From positions 310,001 through 374,000 of the forward strand of contig QPGO01000073.1 in assembly GCA_008632985.1 (NCBI GenBank): a stretch of 64,000 bases of DNA, read 5' to 3'. Position numbers and translations under genes: made by a program. Shown in pieces: positions 60,269 to 64,000 of the stretch. The DNA comes from Psammoneis japonica (taxonomy: Eukaryota). The notes below the pieces were generated by a model, which saw nothing but the letters and a program-made list of their open reading frames with translations, was not told the DNA's origin and made no database searches. Numbering within the stretch: position 1 is the stretch's first letter; every line of letters begins with the position of its first letter.

Positions 60269-63111
60269 CTACACTGCCAATACTGACCAGTAGCGCCTTA
60301 TAGTCACCAAACAAATAACTAGAATCGAAAAGGCTGGTATAAAGAGAAGGTTCATCAATTGCCTCAAATTGATGACTCCGACAAACGAAATGAAAAAGTC
60401 GCCGCAGGTTCGACCAAGCTGAAACGTTATAAAAAATGGGAACAAGTATATGAGCAGGGTCAGCTTCTCCTCACAAGTCTTTCGAAACTAGGAAAATGAC
60501 CAAGAGATGCCACTTACGGTATCGACAAGGGTTGCCAAAAGACCCGATTTAACGTTCCCGAAGCCAGAGCCGTCGGTATCACTTTGCTCAGGGCTGATCC
60601 AATCACGCCTTCAAAGGACTGGATAGAACAAAACGTCAAAAAGTATCCACTAATGTATCGAACGGGATTCACAGCCAATGGATTTCCCTTGTTGTACGAA
60701 TCGGTCGGTGTGGCAATCAGATCCGATATATCAATCAGCAAAAACATGCCAAAGGCTCCGGTGGACACGAGCCACGCCATGAGGACGCGGTCTTGATGCG
60801 ACATGGACAACCACCCCACCAGGACCGATAGTGGAATGACCAAGAGTCCATTAATGTATCCGAGCGTCCCAACTTGAGTCACTTGCCACGAGTACCGATT
60901 TTTAGTCAAGGCGGACGTACAACTCACGAGTGACTCAATGACAAAGACCTTGGCAAACAAGAATGCCAAACACAATCGTACAGGCAACGTCAACATGCCG
61001 ACACGACGTTTCACGTCCAGACAACAAGACACCGATCGTTGTTGTTGTTCTTCCTCTCCGAGACTCATGTCATCCTCTGGAAGTGTTTCGCCACTAAAAT
61101 TGTATTCAAATCATCTTCGGCAGGATGGAACGATAGTGCTTGTTCACATGCCAATTTTTCGGCTTCAATTTTCTTTTGTTCTTGTAAACCTTGACGATCC
61201 GGTTCGTCAAAGGTACAAATCACAACCACGGTAAAGATACCCCACAACAAGGCCATCATCCAACCCGGTCTACAACAATGTACAACAGCAAGAAAGGAGT
61301 GAATATCGGGTTGATTTTCAAAATCCCAAACAACAATAAATCTGACTCTCTCTCCCCACAGTATATTTGTTTCATTTCACACACGTACCCCGTCATGCCA
61401 TTGACGTAAAATTTCCCAATGAATGGAATTCGAAAGGAAAAATCGAGTCGATCCAACAAAATCGCCAAGGCGGGTCCCAATGCCGATCCTGCCGCCACCA
61501 CCATGCCAAAGGCGGCATTGACACTGGTTCGAATCACCAAAGGTGTCGTATCGGCCATGTACCGTCGTACAATCACTTTGGGTGCACCCAAACCGGTTAT
61601 AAACCGTCCCGCCAATGCTATACCAAATGTCTTGTAGGAATACGCACAGGCATAAATGACATTGCCCGTCATTAATAATAGAGACGCCACAATAAGTGGA
61701 TATCGAAACGATTTGTTGGTCCACATGGAATAACCAATCGACGAAATAAAGGCGGCCCATGGCATCATGCCAATGAGCAATCCCGACATGGCATCGTGTG
61801 CACCGAGTGCACTGGCATAATTGGTACTGGACGGTTCGACAATGTAATAATTCATGAGATACAAGAAACCCGCCAATAAATTGAGACCCAATGCAAAGAG
61901 TTGTTTGAGTGTCAACATGCGGGGTGATGTCGTTGGATGTTCAAGATGCTCTGATGACTCTTGTTGTTGTAGTAGTGGTGCACGACTGCAACTACTACTA
62001 CTACTCCGCCACTCGGCAATTTGTTCCACTTCTTCCGTTAAACTCGATCCCCGCATGATTAACAAACTCGGTTCCAATCCTAACGAATCCGCCACGGTTC
62101 CTAATAAAAAGTAATCACGCAAGGTTTGTACAAAAGAATCTCGCAAAACTTCATGTCCCTTGGATGCCAATTGTTCCTTGCGTTTCGAGGAAACAAAATA
62201 TCTTCAAACATGTTGACTTGAACTAAAAAGGAATCACGCAATTCAGCATGTTGTCGTCCAGCCTTTTCATAAAACATGCCCGCGACAGCCTTTAATTCAC
62301 AATGACGCAGCAAAGCACGAAACGAGGATGTGTTGTTGTAATTTTTGCGTCGTTTCGACATTTTCTTCATGTACCATGCCAACAAGGGTGTGCCACCACC
62401 ATGATTGTGTGTCCGACAAAAGGCATCGTATCGTATAAGAATTTGTCGTACCGCCAATACATTCATGGCACAATACGCGTAGAGTTGTAAAATATCATGT
62501 GCCAATTGTTTCGACAACGCACGGTATTCTTCGAGCTGTAATTGTTGATGAATCTCGTAAAGTTCCGGTAAATCTTCTTCTTGTTGGGATAAATGTTGCC
62601 ATGCATTGTGATAGTACAGTGCACACTTGTCGAGTTGATGTGATAAAAACATAATCAACTCGTTGCGTTCCAATTGCGTCACGTGGGCCATGACGTGACG
62701 TTTGTAAATGCGATTTTTTGTAGCATTGTGTTTTCCTCCAAAAAATGAAGAGGAAGAAGCGGCATCGGAATCGGTATCCGTTTCCATCAACAAATTGTAA
62801 TGATTGTGTGGCATAGTACTGCTACCACTGCTACTACTCGGATTGCCCATGACGTCTTGTTGTTGCTGTTGCTGCTGCACTTTATCACTCGTTGGTGGAG
62901 AAACTCGTACAGCAAACAATTCATCCCGATCAATATAGCCATCAATCGAATGACCTATAGCCCATCGAAGACGTCGTCGTCGAGTGGCAAACGATACAAG
63001 TGTCTTTTTAAAATGCCCATAATCGACATAGTACGAGCAATCGGGAGCACCACCACTCCCGCCCATGGCACGTTCCATGGTGCGTCGAAAGCCGTCATTG
63101 TTCATATTCAT
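60269..63111 (-). CDS. SPX-domain major-facilitator transporter (vacuolar phosphate transporter-like), with introns and frameshifts
   Basis: SPX motifs YVDYGHFKK and NVLAVRQILIRYD. MFS motifs FLYLMNYYIVEP, GRFITGLG..RRYMAD and SALGPALA. The last exon ends LGRTCGDFFIS...VLAV*. Confidence 0.88.
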
Positions 63112-63624
63112 GATTAAAGAAAAAAATGGAAGCGATTTAGAGAGACCCTAATTTGTAGCTGTAAGAAACATTCAACAGAGAGAGCAGCCAGCCAATGCTA
63201 TCTCGTCATGGCGATGATTGGATGAGGTGAGTGAGCAATGATTGTGTTCTTTGCTTGGGCGGCATCCGTTGAGGTGCGTCGCCAACACGGAATGAACAAA
63301 ATGAGAGCTGAAGGTGGATATTGAATTTGTTTTATAATTTTGATAGTAAAATCGTTTTTAATATTATTTTATTTATACATTAAATAACAGACCCAATATA
63401 AAAATAACGGTTACGTGTGCAACGGACAACAGATCTTTGTTTGTGTGGCAAAAAAGTATGTGTCATTTTCGTCTGTGTTGTAAAGGTTGCAGTACCAGGT
63501 AGCTTTCCGCGCGGCAGTTCGTCCTCTTGTGTGCTTTTGTTTCTGCCGCCGACACAATGACCGCGACGCACTACTGCGTTCTGCGTTCTCATTTCTCCTT
63601 CATACTAAACTAATACGAATAACA

Positions 63625-64000
63625 ATGGGTTGCTGTTGTAGTTGTTGTTGTGTCAAAGGTGCATCGGGTGCTTCTCTAGAAGCGGAAATGACAAGTACGT
63701 CATCCAATAATAAAAGGAACTAATTTGTCGATATCCAAAACCATGTCGGCACCCACGATACGATGGATTGCCGAAAACAAGGTGTGTTACTACTTTTGCT
63801 TTTAATGTATTCATACAATAGAACGAATCTTACAGTGCTGTCTTACAACTTGTTATTCTCTATTTTTTTTAACAGATTTCAGGAACAGGTTTGGCATTGG
63901 CAGGAGTAACGATTGAACAAGATGCCGCGTATTGGGAATGGCATTTAGAAACTTCAGAAGACGACGACGACGAGTCGTCATCGGCAACAGACGTTATGTT
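63625..64000 (+). CDS. 5' part of a SPRY-domain (SPRYD7-like) protein with acylation-type N-terminus; runs off the window
   Basis: MGCCCSCCC. After an intron ending ~63876: ISGTGLALAGVTIEQDAAYWEWH. Confidence 0.65.

Noticed and set aside
5455..63111. Calling the frameshifted genes (prfA, SDR, sulfotransferase, SPX-MFS, bestrophin) pseudogenes or programmed frameshifts
   Set aside because: Isolated indels in many otherwise well-conserved genes are better explained by consensus errors. This cannot be settled without reads.

Overview
Eukaryotic genomic DNA, most likely from a diatom (mitochondrial-type PEPC, a signal-peptide/'AF' bipartite plastid presequence, short GT-AG introns, diatom-type Copia/Gypsy relics). 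The species cannot be determined from this window. About 60% is ordinary gene-dense sequence: an AAA/STAND ATPase, a DsbA-like selenoprotein (UxxC plus candidate SECIS), PEPC, a class-3 lipase, a RING protein, a sulfotransferase, a pseudouridine synthase, release factor 1, a cyclophilin-like protein, a HAD-IIA hydrolase, a five-copy ankyrin family, an SDR, a bestrophin, an SPX-MFS transporter and a SPRY protein. Many genes have single indels, probably long-read consensus errors. The other ~40% lies in seven sharply bounded blocks of transposon relics and duplicated genes where the TpA dinucleotide is almost gone and CpG is partly lost. Internal controls show TA->TG/CA and CG->TG/CA changes: two LTRs of one element, its target-site duplication, paralogous ankyrin genes, and catalytic motifs of RT, RNase H and MYND. 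The few surviving TAs sit mainly in YTAR context. This looks like a repeat-targeted hypermutation (or base-modification) system, opposite in direction to fungal RIP, and is the main finding. All counts and alignments were made by eye.
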